A stretch of 64,000 nucleotides of DNA, from positions 62,001-126,000 of the forward strand of contig RDEW01000003.1 of the NCBI GenBank assembly GCA_011109175.1, read 5' to 3'. Positions 35,301 through 47,529 of this stretch are shown piece by piece. How positions within the stretch are numbered: the first letter of the stretch is position 1; each line of letters begins with the position of its first letter. The notes under the pieces were generated by a model. The model did no database searches. It was not told the origin of the DNA and saw nothing but the letters and a program-made list of their open reading frames with translations. This DNA comes from Dicyema japonicum. Its lineage: Eukaryota; Animalia; Dicyemida. The translations under genes were made by a program, and so were the position numbers.

Positions 35301-37195
35301 ACAGATATTTGCTTCAAAGTGGAATAAAAAGTGATTTCTTCACTCAAGTGTGACATAATAATGAAGTTCCCACATGGAGAGAAAAGGCACTCGGCGTTGG
35401 ATTCGGCTAGGTCGCTGAGAATATTCTTGAATTTTAGAAATGGAATACTTCTGGCAAATTATATACGATTTTCTTGAGGACTAGTCCATTCAGGATATCC
35501 CACAACAAGAGACATCCGTCCAGATAGTATGCTGCCACAACACGTGGATCGCTCGGGTGATCATCAAGCGTTACAGCTACGTGAGCATCCTGAGAGTCAT
35601 CCCTCTAGAAATGAGAAATATCTAAACCTTTAAGAACCGTTCAAATTCACCGCTATTAGCATTCCACACAGCTACGATTCCGTCGTTGTATGAAGTAACG
35701 ACGCGGGAATCATCACAACTCCAACATAGCATTCGAATTCCTACTTTTTCAGCTCCGTCCACTCGGTTTCCACCTTCAGCAGTGTTACTACAGTCATAAG
35801 CGTCTCAAACTCAATAGATCTCGAACGATCCAACATAGTGGCTCTCCACATGTTCCTGTGAAAGTTCCATACCTTCACATTCCCTGCAGAACAGCCAGAA
35901 ACGAACTTCCCGTTAAAATGGCTATACAAGACACATGCAACTTTTCCCTAAAATATGAATTAAATAAAGCACGTGGTCGACTGCCAAATCAGCAATTTTA
36001 TCAGGAACTCCATTAAAAAGCGAATATACTCTAATACTGCTGTCAGAACATCCAGTAATAAGAAATAAACCACCTTGTAATAAAACCAAAGTAAACCAGT
36101 ACTGAACGACAAAGACATTATCTTTACCCCAGACTTGGGTCCTTTGAACTTCTTTATCGGCTTATTTCTAAACATTACCTAACAGATTACCCAAATATAT
36201 GGTTTCCTTCTTCATCTACTTTATAAGACCAGAAAAACAGAGCCCCATCGTCAGTAATGCACACTAGGTACATAGCATCTCCCTGAATGGCGGGGGAAAA
36301 CTAAAAAAAGTTAAGAAAGTTGACCTCAACACAGCTCACATGCGCAGTGTGACCACTTAAGGAACCCATGTAAGACCCATCCTTAAATCTCCACAGACGA
36401 ACTTTTCGTTCAGAACAACAGGAAGCCAAAATGCCATTATTAGGCGACACTGTCATGTCGTTTATTGGTTTGAGATGTCCACGGAAGGTCCACAGCAAAC
36501 GAATAGACTCCAGCTCCCAAACTTTCATCAGACAGTCAACAGAAGCCTAGATGGTAAATAATAAAGTATTTGAGTATAAATTAAACAAAACATACGCTAA
36601 TGAAGTATTTCCCAGTCTTGTCAAACACAATCTGAGTTATTCGATAAATATGGCATCGAACGGAGCATAGTTTGTCAACATTACTAAATATTCCTTTGCT
36701 AGGTAGCCCATATGGCACACCCCCATACTCTCTAGCCTCGATAAAGTCACCTGTTTGGGTAAGTTTAAATTCTCACGTATTTTATGAAGAAAGTAAACTT
36801 GGGGTGGGGACAAATCATGATTGAGTAAAACTTGCTTGTAGATATTTTCAATAGTAAAATTATTGTATAAATCATAGTTCTTGTTCTGAACAAGTAATAC
36901 TGACAACAACCCATTCTTCAAAAGAAGGCTGACGGGGGATAAAATTCCAGTCTAGTTGAGTGGGAATTATCTGGGAATTACAAAAAAATATTACATTGTT
37001 TTCCTCAATCTCATTAACAAACATCTAAAATGATAAATTTTTGAGAATTGAAAATTAAAGCGGGAAAAACTGTAAAAGAACATGTAAAATTGTTAAATAA
37101 AGACTGATTATTACCTGGAAAAGGTGAGGCGAAAAATGATCCCTTAGATACTTAGAGACAAGGGCAAGGGTATCTACATCGTAATTAAAGTTCAT
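32303..37195 (-). CDS. Bromodomain and WD-repeat protein (BRWD1/BRWD3/PHIP family), spliced
   Basis: VFDKTGKYFISASVDCLMKVW..TFRGH (WD40), DQYFDTDF, PYVPQQGDRVVYFPRGH, WREGDRFRS, KVSPWDIEP, and a bromodomain (PFVEAVD..YLSVVSQPVDLQLIIDRLRNDYYR) with a low-complexity S/R-rich tail. Many tiny introns. Confidence 0.92.
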
Positions 37196-37785
37196 TTGAT
37201 TATTATATGTGATAGAAATGAGTTAAACCTGAATTCTGTTTAGATACGTCCATAGACTGAACAACAAGCTAACGACGAATTATATTATTAAATTTTATTT
37301 AACTCTAAATTATTATTTATTTTATTTTTTTATTTTAATTAAATAAATAGTTTATTAAGACTGTAATGATATTTCCCGTTTTTTGCCAAAAACCTTCTTA
37401 GAGTTACTGTTATTCAATACAGAACTCTGTTTATCTGTGAAAGTCATTTGTTGGGATTTTTAGATAATCATAGATTTGACCTTTTTAGGAAACACTTTGA
37501 CTAATTCAATGATAAAGCCTAACACAGTTTTTTTAATCACGTAGTTTCAACTCGAACACTTCACAGTAAACTTTTTAGTCTTTTTTAATTTAATAAATTT
37601 TAATATTTATAATTTATTATTAAAACGTATAATCTAATTAGATCAATATTGTTATGTAATTTTTATTATTTTATATTTCAAACTATTCTTAATGTTCATT
37701 GGAGGCTTGCTTCTACTGTTATTCCGCGTGGATTTTTTCTTGTAACCATTGGAAGTGGATACATTTAAATAGTTGCTTGCTGTGG

Positions 37786-37862
37786 GCACTGTAACGTCAT
37801 CTATGGGTTTGAGATGACCACGGAGAGTCCACAGCAAACAAATCGATTCCACTTAAACTGTT
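37786..37862 (-). pseudogene. Relic duplicate of a BRWD WD40 exon segment
   Basis: ESICLLWTLRGHLKPIDDVTV versus gene ESIRLLWTFRGHLKPINDMTV (36445-36512). Flanks not homologous. Confidence 0.8.
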
Positions 37863-38027
37863 GTTTACTGTTAATTTCTTTCTCAGACTATTAAGGCTTA
37901 ATATAATTAAATTTTTTAATTGTTGTTTCAAATCGCACGTGTTAACGAGAAGTGCTGTTATTAAAAATTAAAATGATACTAATTTAAGTATGTTTAAAAA
38001 TTCTCAATTATTGGCTTAGTCAAGTTA

Positions 38028-38653
38028 TTAGTAATTCATGTCCTCATTAATTATTCGAAAAATGAGGATGAAGCGTAATTATACATCATTAACTCATTTT
38101 TATCAATACTGTAAAAGCATCCTTCTACTTTCAGGTTCCCTGAGGTTATTTCTTTCCCTAATAAAGGATGTTGCATTACCCTTTCTAAGCCGACGAGGAC
38201 ATTAACCTTAAATTAGTGAAATGGTCCACCATTGAAAGACGATCGACTTTGGGGAATTCTTTGATCTTGGAGTATTCAAGCTTGAACTCAGGTTTTGCAT
38301 CTCTTCCGTAAAAACACACACTTTGCTGTTCCTCAAGTTCCATCAATTTTTTATACGATTCGTTGACAACGGAGGACATGAGCCTAGAGAATTCGGAGTT
38401 ATTCTTCGATTTCAAAAAACAGGCCATAGCCTTTGTTTAATAAATTCGTTACTTTGCAGTCGGAATGACCAATTATTACAATTTTGTTGATTAATTTTGA
38501 CTCATAGAGAAATTCAAACGTGCTGAGTTCAGTAGAAAGTTTACTATCCGAAGGGGAAACGAAATTCCCAGCATTCCGCAGCTGAAAAGCCGACTGTATG
38601 GCATATTCACTCTTGACCAAGCGACAATCAATGCATGATAATATTGATGACAT
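38028..38653 (-). CDS. Beta-class carbonic anhydrase, spliced
   Basis: Zinc motifs CIDCR (CxDxR) and GHSDC (HxxC), RNAGN, KAM after a 22-nt intron, and LSM|VNVL. Both ends approximate. Confidence 0.85.
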
Positions 38654-38769
38654 TGATTTTCTGTATTGATTTTATTAGTTAAAAATGTTATTATTCATTT
38701 TTCTTATTTTATATTATAAAAATTTAAATCTAATTTTTTTATTTAAAAATGAAAAAAAGTTATTTTTCT

Positions 38770-39790
38770 GGTTGTGGTGGTGACGTCTCTCTTAAAAATG
38801 TCTTTTTTGTTCAAAAAACATCAACTTGGACGTGATTTTTCAATTTATGGGGTCAGTATTTGCTGTCTTCAAGAAGCGAAAATTTCCACATATTACGAAA
38901 TTGGATGATTAATTACTTTGGACTTTGATTGTCGACATTATGGTCTTGGATTTGCTTTCCAGAGAGATCTTTATGACCTTGTGGCATGTGTATGGGTTGT
39001 CTCGGATAGTATAGCAGTCATGCAACTCAAGTTCGGAACGAAACCTAATTCTGTCATCTCTATCACCCTGAAGACCTAGGTGTGTTCTACTCATGTTGAC
39101 TGATACATATGACTAACTTTCTTCATTTCTGACGTTCATTGGTGGTGACTGAATGCCAGAGCTGGTAAAGTGGAGGAGACCTGTATTGGATCGTTTGCTT
39201 GGAACCGCCGAAATTCCTCTGGTGTTTCATTAGTCCAATTCTGCGAACCTACAACATATTTATTACGAACACTGCTTTCGATCATCCAGCATAAAACTAC
39301 TTGGGTTGATTCAAGAGAGGACAAATGATTACCTGATCAAAATATACAACCAAAATCGACTATATCTTGTGTAGAAGAAACAAAAACCTTATACGAAATT
39401 CGATATCCAGTGACCACAAACTAGTGATCAATCGATTCTCTTTATAAAGTTTGTACAAACCTGCGAGATTTTGGGCGCTCCGCATAAAAATAAAGTCAAG
39501 TATAACAATGGAGAAATATCATCCTTATTTGCAGAACATAATAATTTGAGGGTCAGAATTAACAATTCAAATATACTGAGTATGAAAAAAGTGTGGAGTT
39601 TGTACACTATTTTGACGAAATTAAAAAAAACTTCAAAAATATCAGGTGGACAAATCAATTGAGGAAATTGAGAGGTATAAAAATAGAACCAAAATGTTCA
39701 AATTCATTATTAACAAAAATAAAAGGCCAGAAAACATGGTTATTCACGATTAACTCGGACGAACATTAACGAATGACACTGAAAAGGTAA
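38770..39790 (+). mobile_element. Degenerate RTE-like LINE 5' part (APE)
   Basis: Conserved 5' motif GTGGTGGTGACGTCTCTC..ATGTCT, ICCLQE, HYGLGF, KIDYILC, SSDHKL. Confidence 0.6.
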
Positions 39791-39819
39791 ATATTATTTC
39801 TTTCTACTAATGTTGATTA

Positions 39820-40263
39820 TGACAGAAACAAGAGACCAATTCAATAAACCTGATATTTTTGTTTACGACAAATAAAGAAGGAAGTAACCTTAATCGAAGT
39901 GGGCATTACCTCACAAGACCGACTAAAGCAAGATTAAGTTGAGAAACTTTACAAATATCACTTTGCTTGCAAATGAACTTTATACTCTATGAATGCCAAG
40001 CAAAGATTATTCCAGTGGTTTTGACATGGGATGGAGTTGTCTCAAGATGTTTCAAGAATCATATGGATAAATTATCTATTGAAGAATCAACGAGGACTTA
40101 CATCCAATCGGTTGTGCTGAAGAGAACGCTAGAAAGTATGCTCATTGAACATAAGCATTGGATGAATGTATACGATGAAGAGTACGCCTCTGCTATCTCC
40201 CGACTCGTAAAACTGGCATGCCGTGAGGATAGCCCATTGGACTCTAAAAGATATTTCGACTGA
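39820..40263 (+). mobile_element. C-terminal restriction-like endonuclease of an R4/Dong-like non-LTR element
   Basis: NKPDIFVYD..TLIEVGITSQD..VEKLYKY..IIPVVLTWDGVV..YIQSVVLKRTLES (PD-(D/E)xK type). Confidence 0.7.
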
Positions 40264-40439
40264 ATCTGGTGGGAAATAACAGTGAGTTTATGGCACACTC
40301 TTCTTCTAAGAGAAGAAGAGGGATTACCAGCAATCTGATTAAAATCCGCTTAATTAGTTAATTTACTCGTTGTTATTTCCCATGTGCTACCTCATGAACG
40401 TTATGATATCTCTAAGAATTATGTATATGAAGTCAAAAT

Positions 40440-41540
40440 CTCAGAAACATCAAAGCATCCCCTTGATTGTCCTATAAGTATGTCGAAACTCTGAAGGCGA
40501 TAGAAAAAACTAAACTGCCGGAGAGCGAGTGGACCGGACAATTGTCTGAAATACTTACTCTCATACTTAACAAAGCATTTGAAGACAAAAGTTATTTTGG
40601 AGTTGGGAAAGGTTGGCTAATACCTCTACCAAAACCTAGAAAACCAGGAGGTCGCACAAGTAACCTAAGATCAATTACTTTATTGTCGACCTCACGGAAA
40701 ACACTTTCTATCATTGTATTACATCGAATCAAATAACAAAGTCAACAAATTCTTATCTCCTGGACAAAGTGGATTCAAAGAATGAAGGTCCACCGCTGAC
40801 GTCGTCTCGCCACACAGATGGTCTGGAGTTTTATGTCAAAAATACAAGAAATGTATAGAAGTTCTTGGGATCGACATGTCTCGTGCATTTGATTCTGCTC
40901 AGATACTCATGAAAATTTTGAAGACCTTTCTTAACACTGATGATAGAATGATCCTAGCAGATACACATCAGGCAGTTAAATTGGGAAATTTTACCTCTTA
41001 TTTTTTTGAAACCACTCAAAGAGTAAACAAGGAAACTCTTTGTCCCCTATTCTTTTCGTTATTTACCTTTAGGCTGCGTTTATAGACTTCAGATCGTCTA
41101 TCAATGGCCAATATTTTGAGTTTATTTACGCGGATGATCCAAACTTCGTTTCTGACGATGCTGTATTCAAAAAATGGTTCCTGAATATAAACACCGACAA
41201 AACATAGTTTACTGCATTCAGTTGCGCAGAGGACATCCGAAGAGACGTGGTGAAGAGATAAGAAGGTTGGATCACTCTTGGACAAGGAAGTGCCTAGAGG
41301 TGGGCATGTAGGCAGCCTCCCCGAACAGCACGCTTTAGGAAGGAAGCATATCTAAGCCATCGAGTTCACGTGAATATTTCTTGAACAAAGAAGATTATTC
41401 AGAAGAAGAAACAGGTCATCTGTGTTAAACGAGGACCTAAAAGGCGTCGTTAGAAAACTAAAAACGGCCGACGATCTTATGAACTAAGAGAACTTGCGAA
41501 AAAGAGGAAACCTTGGATGAGACTGGTCAAAGGGTGGCCT
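40440..41540 (+). mobile_element. Degenerate RTE-like RT fragment
   Basis: LIPLPKPRK..NLRSITLLS, GQSGF..STAD, GIDMSRAFDS, IYADD. Confidence 0.7.
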
Positions 41541-41734
41541 TTATTGATCATTTAACACTATTTTCGATTTTTTAACTTAGAACCCACCGACATTGACATT
41601 ATCCTGTTCTAAGGATCCCCAGCCTTGCCTTGATATCAAGAAGATCTCACTTTTATTTTATTTGAGTTTACCTACTAAAATTGGCTTTTACCTAAAAAAT
41701 CGATTTCTCTAAACAAATGCTCGCATAAATGCAT

Positions 41735-44695
41735 GTTGTATGTTATGTTGTCCAATTTAGTCGTGTCCGACCCTTGGAGATCTCATGAACAAGTTTCCTC
41801 CACTCTCCCGATCCGTTGCAATTTGGAGTAGCCTTGATATAGGCATTCCCGTGACGTCTTCCACCGTGGATAGCCGAGTCCTTGGTCGGCCAGGTCTTCT
41901 CTTCCCAGTAATATTGCTCAGCATAATGGTTCTTTCCAGTGAATCAGAGCGGACAACATGCCCAAAGAACGCCAATCTGTGTTTTACGATTCTTCCCTCT
42001 AGCGAAATGTCAGTCTCTACCCGTTTGAGTACATTGATGTTGTTATTTTAGAGTCCATGAAATTCTTAGTAACCTCCTCCAGCACCACAGCTCAAAAGCA
42101 TTAATTCTTCGCCTATCCGCCTTTTACAATGTCCATGATTCTGCGCCGTATAAAAAACCGGGAACACGATTGCATTAACTAGTCTGCATTTGGTCCTTAA
42201 GGAAATATCTTTGTTTTTCCAAATTCTATTCATTCTCTGGAAGGTGTCTCGTCCCATGGCAATTCGCCTCTTGATTTCCAAGCCTCCGTCACCATTCCGA
42301 TTAATTAGACATCCCAGAAAGACAACATTATCGCAACTCTCTATTTTCTCATTCCCAATTTTTAGTTCCATTATTCCATTATTAGCAGTCGTCATAATTT
42401 TGGTCTTTTTGATATTTAGCAATAAACCAAAGACGGCGCTCTCTTCTCTGAATCTTAGAATCAACTCCCTGAGGCCATCCTCTGTTTCAGCCAGTAAGGT
42501 TGTATCGTCAGCATAGCGCAAATTATTGATGTTCCTGCCTCCAATTTTAATCCCGTTATTTGATACAGTATCCAATTTAGTCATGATCATTTCGGCATAA
42601 ATATTGAATAGGATGGGAGATAATAAGCATCCTTGTCTTACTCCTTTACAATTTTGAACCAATCGGTATCTCCATACACTGTTCTAACAGTAGCTTCTTG
42701 ATCCTTATAAAGAGATTTGATAAGCAATATCAGATGGGCATCGAATCCAAATTCTTTTAAAGCGGACCACAGCTTGTCATGTATAACGGAATCAAAAGCT
42801 TTCCGATAGTCAATGAAGCACATGTATACACTCTTTTGGGATTCATGGGCTTTCTCCATAATCCACCGGACATTTGCTATATGGTCACGTGTGCCTCGTC
42901 CCTTCCTGAATCCTGCTTGGACATCCGGTAGAATCATTTCGGCATTTGGCATTAGACGATGTTGTATTATCTTTAGAAGTATTTTGCTGACGTGGGGAAT
43001 TAAGGCTATTGTACGATAGTTTGAACAGTCCTTGCTATCCCCTTTTTTCGGTATTGGAATAAATATAGATCTTTTCCACTCACGTGGCCAAATACCAGTT
43101 TCCCAAATTTTTTGACATAGACTGGTGATAGCTGTCACCGGTATAGCCTTCAACAATTCGCTTGAGATGTTGTCAATCCCCGGTGCCTTGTTCCCCGTTA
43201 ATTGCCGTGTAGCCTACACGCATTCCTCCTCAAGGATTTTATGCCCCTCACCCAACGTTGCTTCATCAACACATATGGGTGGGCACACAGTTTCTGAATA
43301 TAGCCGTTCCGTATATTCTCTCCAACGATTTCGGATGTTCTGTTGGCCTAGCAATTCTACACCATCCTTGTCCTTGATTTTGCCCATCATTTTCGTAAAG
43401 GGGGTTCGTAATCTTTTTAGTTGTAAATACGCATTCCTAGTGTGACCTCTCTTATAGTCATCTTCCATTTTTTGCAGTGTAACCTCCAGTAGTCTTCTTT
43501 ATCCTTCCTGGCTGCCTTTTTGAATTCAGAGTTAAGTTTTCTTATCTCGTCTATATTCCCAGAGACTTTAGCAGCTTTACGAGCCTCAGCAATGTTTAGG
43601 GTGTTGGCAGAGAGCCACTCAGAGCACTTGGCCGGCGTTTTGTATTTGACATGTTTTATTGCAGCGTTCCTGATAACCAACTGCATATCATTCCATAATT
43701 CATCAGGCATCCTTCCGTTCAAATCGAGTGATCCAATATTGTTCTTAACTTCCATTGCGTAGTCTGGTGGTATGTTTGAGACATCGAATTTCTTTACTCG
43801 GGGGGTATTCCAAGTGTTACTGAATTTCGTCCTAATTTTTGCAACAAGTAGCTGATGGTCTGTTCCACAGTCTGCTCCTGGATATGTTTTAACGGCTGTT
43901 ATAGAGCTTTTCCAACGTTTTGCGCACAAAATACAATCAATCTGGTTCCTAGACATTCCATTTGGCGACGTCCAAGTGTATAATCGTCGTTCGTGCTGTT
44001 TGAACCATGTGTTAGTTATCTGAAATCCATTTTCCTGACAGAATTGGACCAGTCGATCCCCAGCATCATTTCTTTTCCCAAACAATACTTCTCACAATAT
44101 CCGTATGTGGCATACACCCAACTTTTGAATTGAAATCCCCCATTATGTAGGTTATGTCCTTTTTGGGTATTAGTTTTAGTGCCTCTTGAAATTCATAATA
44201 AAATTGGTCAATTTCGCCATCCTTGGCAATAGATGTTGGGGCATACACTTGCATGACCGTAATATTCAATGGTCGTCCACGGACGTGGATTAGCATTATC
44301 CGATCATTAAATATTCTATAACTTTCAATAGCAGGTGCAATTTTCTTTGAAGCAATGAAGGCCACTCCGTTTCTCTTCGCATTAATGTTACCAGAATAAT
44401 ATATGACGAAATCATCAGAACGAAAAAAACCACTGTCAATCCAATGAAGTTCGCTTACTCCAAGCAGGTCAATATCAAGCCTTCTCATTTCTCTTTTTAC
44501 GACTTCTAGTTTCCCTTCATTTAAGCCTCTTACGTTCCATGTTGCGAAATTGTGAGATTCTGTGTGACGAAGACTCGAGATTTGATGTTTTGCAGTAACG
44601 TTACTTCCAATTAGATCGTAGGAGAGTTTGCTCATAAGATTTTTTGGCATTTAAATACAGGGTAGGTTGCCAGGTCTTTCCCCAAGGTTTCCAGA
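41735..44695 (-). mobile_element. Near full-length RTE-clade (BovB-like) LINE with 12-bp TSD
   Basis: APE (TWNVRGL, LGVSELHW, QVYAPT, MGDFNSKVG, YTWTSP, DCGTDHQLL) and RT (YRTIALI, QAGFRKGRGTRDHI, FIDYRKAFDSV, GVRQGCLLSP, LRYADD); 3' GGTCGGACACGACT plus CAACAT-type repeats; TSD GCATAAATGCAT at 41723-41734 and 44696-44707. Confidence 0.95.
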
Positions 44696-45044
44696 GCATA
44701 AATGCATACATTAACAGAATTAATAGGTAAGCTTGCATATCGATATATTGAGATCATATTATGTCACGGTCCAATGGTGTGCTTATCAAAATGTTGATAT
44801 TCAATCGATTTTTGATGTGTCGAAGTCGAGTATGATATCGGAGAGAAGACTCAATGTGTATAAGAAAGAGATAAAAGACCAAGGATTAAAATTGTCAGAA
44901 TAAAAATCTATTGCAATGAGGTTTATCGGTTAAAATGGAAAAGGTAATCAGCAAGGGTCCTTATGCGGAATCAATACTGTGAGATCCCTGAAATATCTCG
45001 GAACAACTATTGAGAAAACTGGGAGTACATTATGTGACTTTAAA

Positions 45045-45540
45045 CTACGAAGGAAGAAAGAAAACCATGCGATCTTGTTTATGAGGAAAATTGAGGTCAA
45101 GTTCGTCCGAATCTTTGGCGACCCGTGCACTGTGGGGTGCATAAACATTTATAATTGAGATAAGGGCCCTCGACGTGCGTTTGACCCCAACCCATATTTG
45201 CAGTATGCTGATTCTGTCGTTAACCACTCCAACACCGATGTATCTCACGAACAAGTTTCTTGTGCACGGCAAACCCCTGTCCATAGTGTCTTGATGACGA
45301 TGATAGTAAAATGAGTCTATAGTCTCCATGTAGTTCGTCCATTCCAGCCTGTACTTTTGTCTCTTGTAGGCATCCCACGCCTGCACCATATCTTTCCAGA
45401 TCCGAATATAACAGGTTTCTTTTCCACTCTTTTCTGATCCCTCTTACATTGAAAGATGTTATTTAAGCTCCTCCAAGCGCTTTAAAAGCGTTTCAGACAT
45501 TTGTGCAATAGAGGCACGTCACCACCTCAACCAAAATGAG
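45045..45540 (-). mobile_element. RTE-like LINE 5' fragment (APE)
   Basis: 5' hairpin GAGGTGGTGACGTGCCTC..ATGTCT; NDRISILQ, INVYAPHS. Confidence 0.65.
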
Positions 45541-46699
45541 ATCATATAGATGTAATTAGAATATGTTGGTTTATGGCTGCTGTCTCTGTGGATTATCTAT
45601 AGGCGTCTGAATGTCGGACTTCAGTGGCGAATTAATAAAGATATTCAAAATCGACCGGTCATCGAGTTTTTCTATATCATTCTGGCGTGGATGCTTCAAG
45701 AATTCAGTTCTTAATCAATAGACAATATCAAGGAAAAAAATAAGAGAAAAAATGCAAGGAAAAAATAAGGGGAAAGTCAAATAAAAAGATTAGTAGAGTT
45801 CAGCACAAGCGAAACCCCAAGTATTCATCTGTTTGTGAAAAACATGTGTTTTTTTAGCTAACTAACTACGCCTTTACAAATTACGTGAAAATCCAAATGA
45901 CCAATTTTTGTCATGAGTTAAGAGCGCGTGCCCCTGTAAAAGGTAAGGAGGGAGGAAAGTCGGCCATTAAGAAATCTCTTCTGCGACCGCCACAGCCAGG
46001 ACTTGTAGCATGTGTTCTCAATTCGGTTAACCAACTGCTATGTTGTTTGCTGAATCTTCAGCCCGCATTTGTTGGATGTTAAGATTCACTCACTTTTTCT
46101 GAAATGTTTTTATTTTTTCAAAATTTTTTCGAAGCTTCCGCAGGAGCTAGACGTGCACAAGTGTCTAGTTTTGATTTAAAGTGCTTAAGAAACTTGAAAT
46201 AAATATTTTATTATTTCATTTGTAAGAAGAGTGTTTAAATAAGCAATTTAATAAGCAGTTTTCCAACCTGGGCTGTCTCCCATTGTCCCCCATCTCCGAG
46301 ATCTCAGGTATTTTGTATTAGTCCCTAGAAATGATTAAAGTTGAAAGTTGACATTGAAAGTCAGGCTGGTTAACAGGAGTGATATTGATCGAAATTTTCA
46401 AAAGTCTTCATATCTGGTCCACTCACTTTTTCTAAAATGTTTTTAGTGTTAAAAACTTTTTTTAAAATTAAAATCCGTCCATTTATCCGCGAGTTATTGT
46501 GCCACATACAACATTGAGCTTTAATTGCTTAAAGATCTATATATGGGATTTCCATTGAATTTCAATCTTTTTTGCAAACACGGAGAAAACCGTCTCCACA
46601 TCTGCGGGTCGAACCTTCCGTAAATAGGGGTTTGACGGGTACTCCTGGTTGAGAGTTCAGCAAATCCAAAAGGTCTTTAAATTCTATTTCGTTTAGGTG

Positions 46700-47310
46700 A
46701 AGTAAATCACCATGTCATAGGTTACTTCCAGAATCACGGGAGAGCTTGTGACAGCTATTTGCGTAAATCCAATTAAGATTTTGGGTTCCCCTTTGTTTCT
46801 CCTCTTTGAGGTGAATAAGGTGCATGTTGACTTGGCGGCTAATATTACATGATTAACACCCTTGTATAAGTGAGCGTTGGATGATACGAGATTAAATCGT
46901 CAGAAGAACAGGAGAGAATCGTCATCATTGGCCATAAGTGCAGTAACAGATTAAAGAAAGCTGGGAAGAGTGAAGAGCCTTGGGGCACTCCGATTGATTG
47001 TAATCTCGACCATGATCTGAAGTAGCCGTAACAAACTCTTTGACGACGCCACAGATGCTAGTGAAGTATATTTTGGCAGATGTTTCCTTAACACTGATTT
47101 GAAGGCCTTGTTGATATAATTATAGGCCACAACTGTTTGGATTTTGGGCGGGGCTGCATTTAAGCCGTCAACAATAAGCTGTGGTAACGTTGTTAGATGT
47201 TTTGTTGTCGATCTTCTAGGACGAGATCCATAATGGAGTGACGGAGTAATCATCAAAAAGATTAGAGGAATTCACTGAGTGACGGAGCGGTAGCAGATGC
47301 CTAAGTGAAA
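46700..47310 (-). mobile_element. Degenerate LINE RT fragment (Ingi/Vingi-like)
   Basis: HYGSRPRRSTT, INKAFKSV, PQGS-like segment, ANDDDSL. Confidence 0.55.
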
Positions 47311-47529
47311 TTGAGATTTATCTACCAACTCAAGGTCCCGACTGAAAAAAGTTTTGCGTATAAAAATTCAAGATACGTCACTTAACCCAATTCCTTGACC
47401 CCAATCTGTTTCTATTTCGCCAGTTGAGGGTGACAATTTCAAGTATCCAATTAAAATTATTACAAGAATGTTCGAGAATTTTTTTTAATTAGAATTTATT
47501 TTATTAAGGAAAGAAAAGAGAGTAAACGG

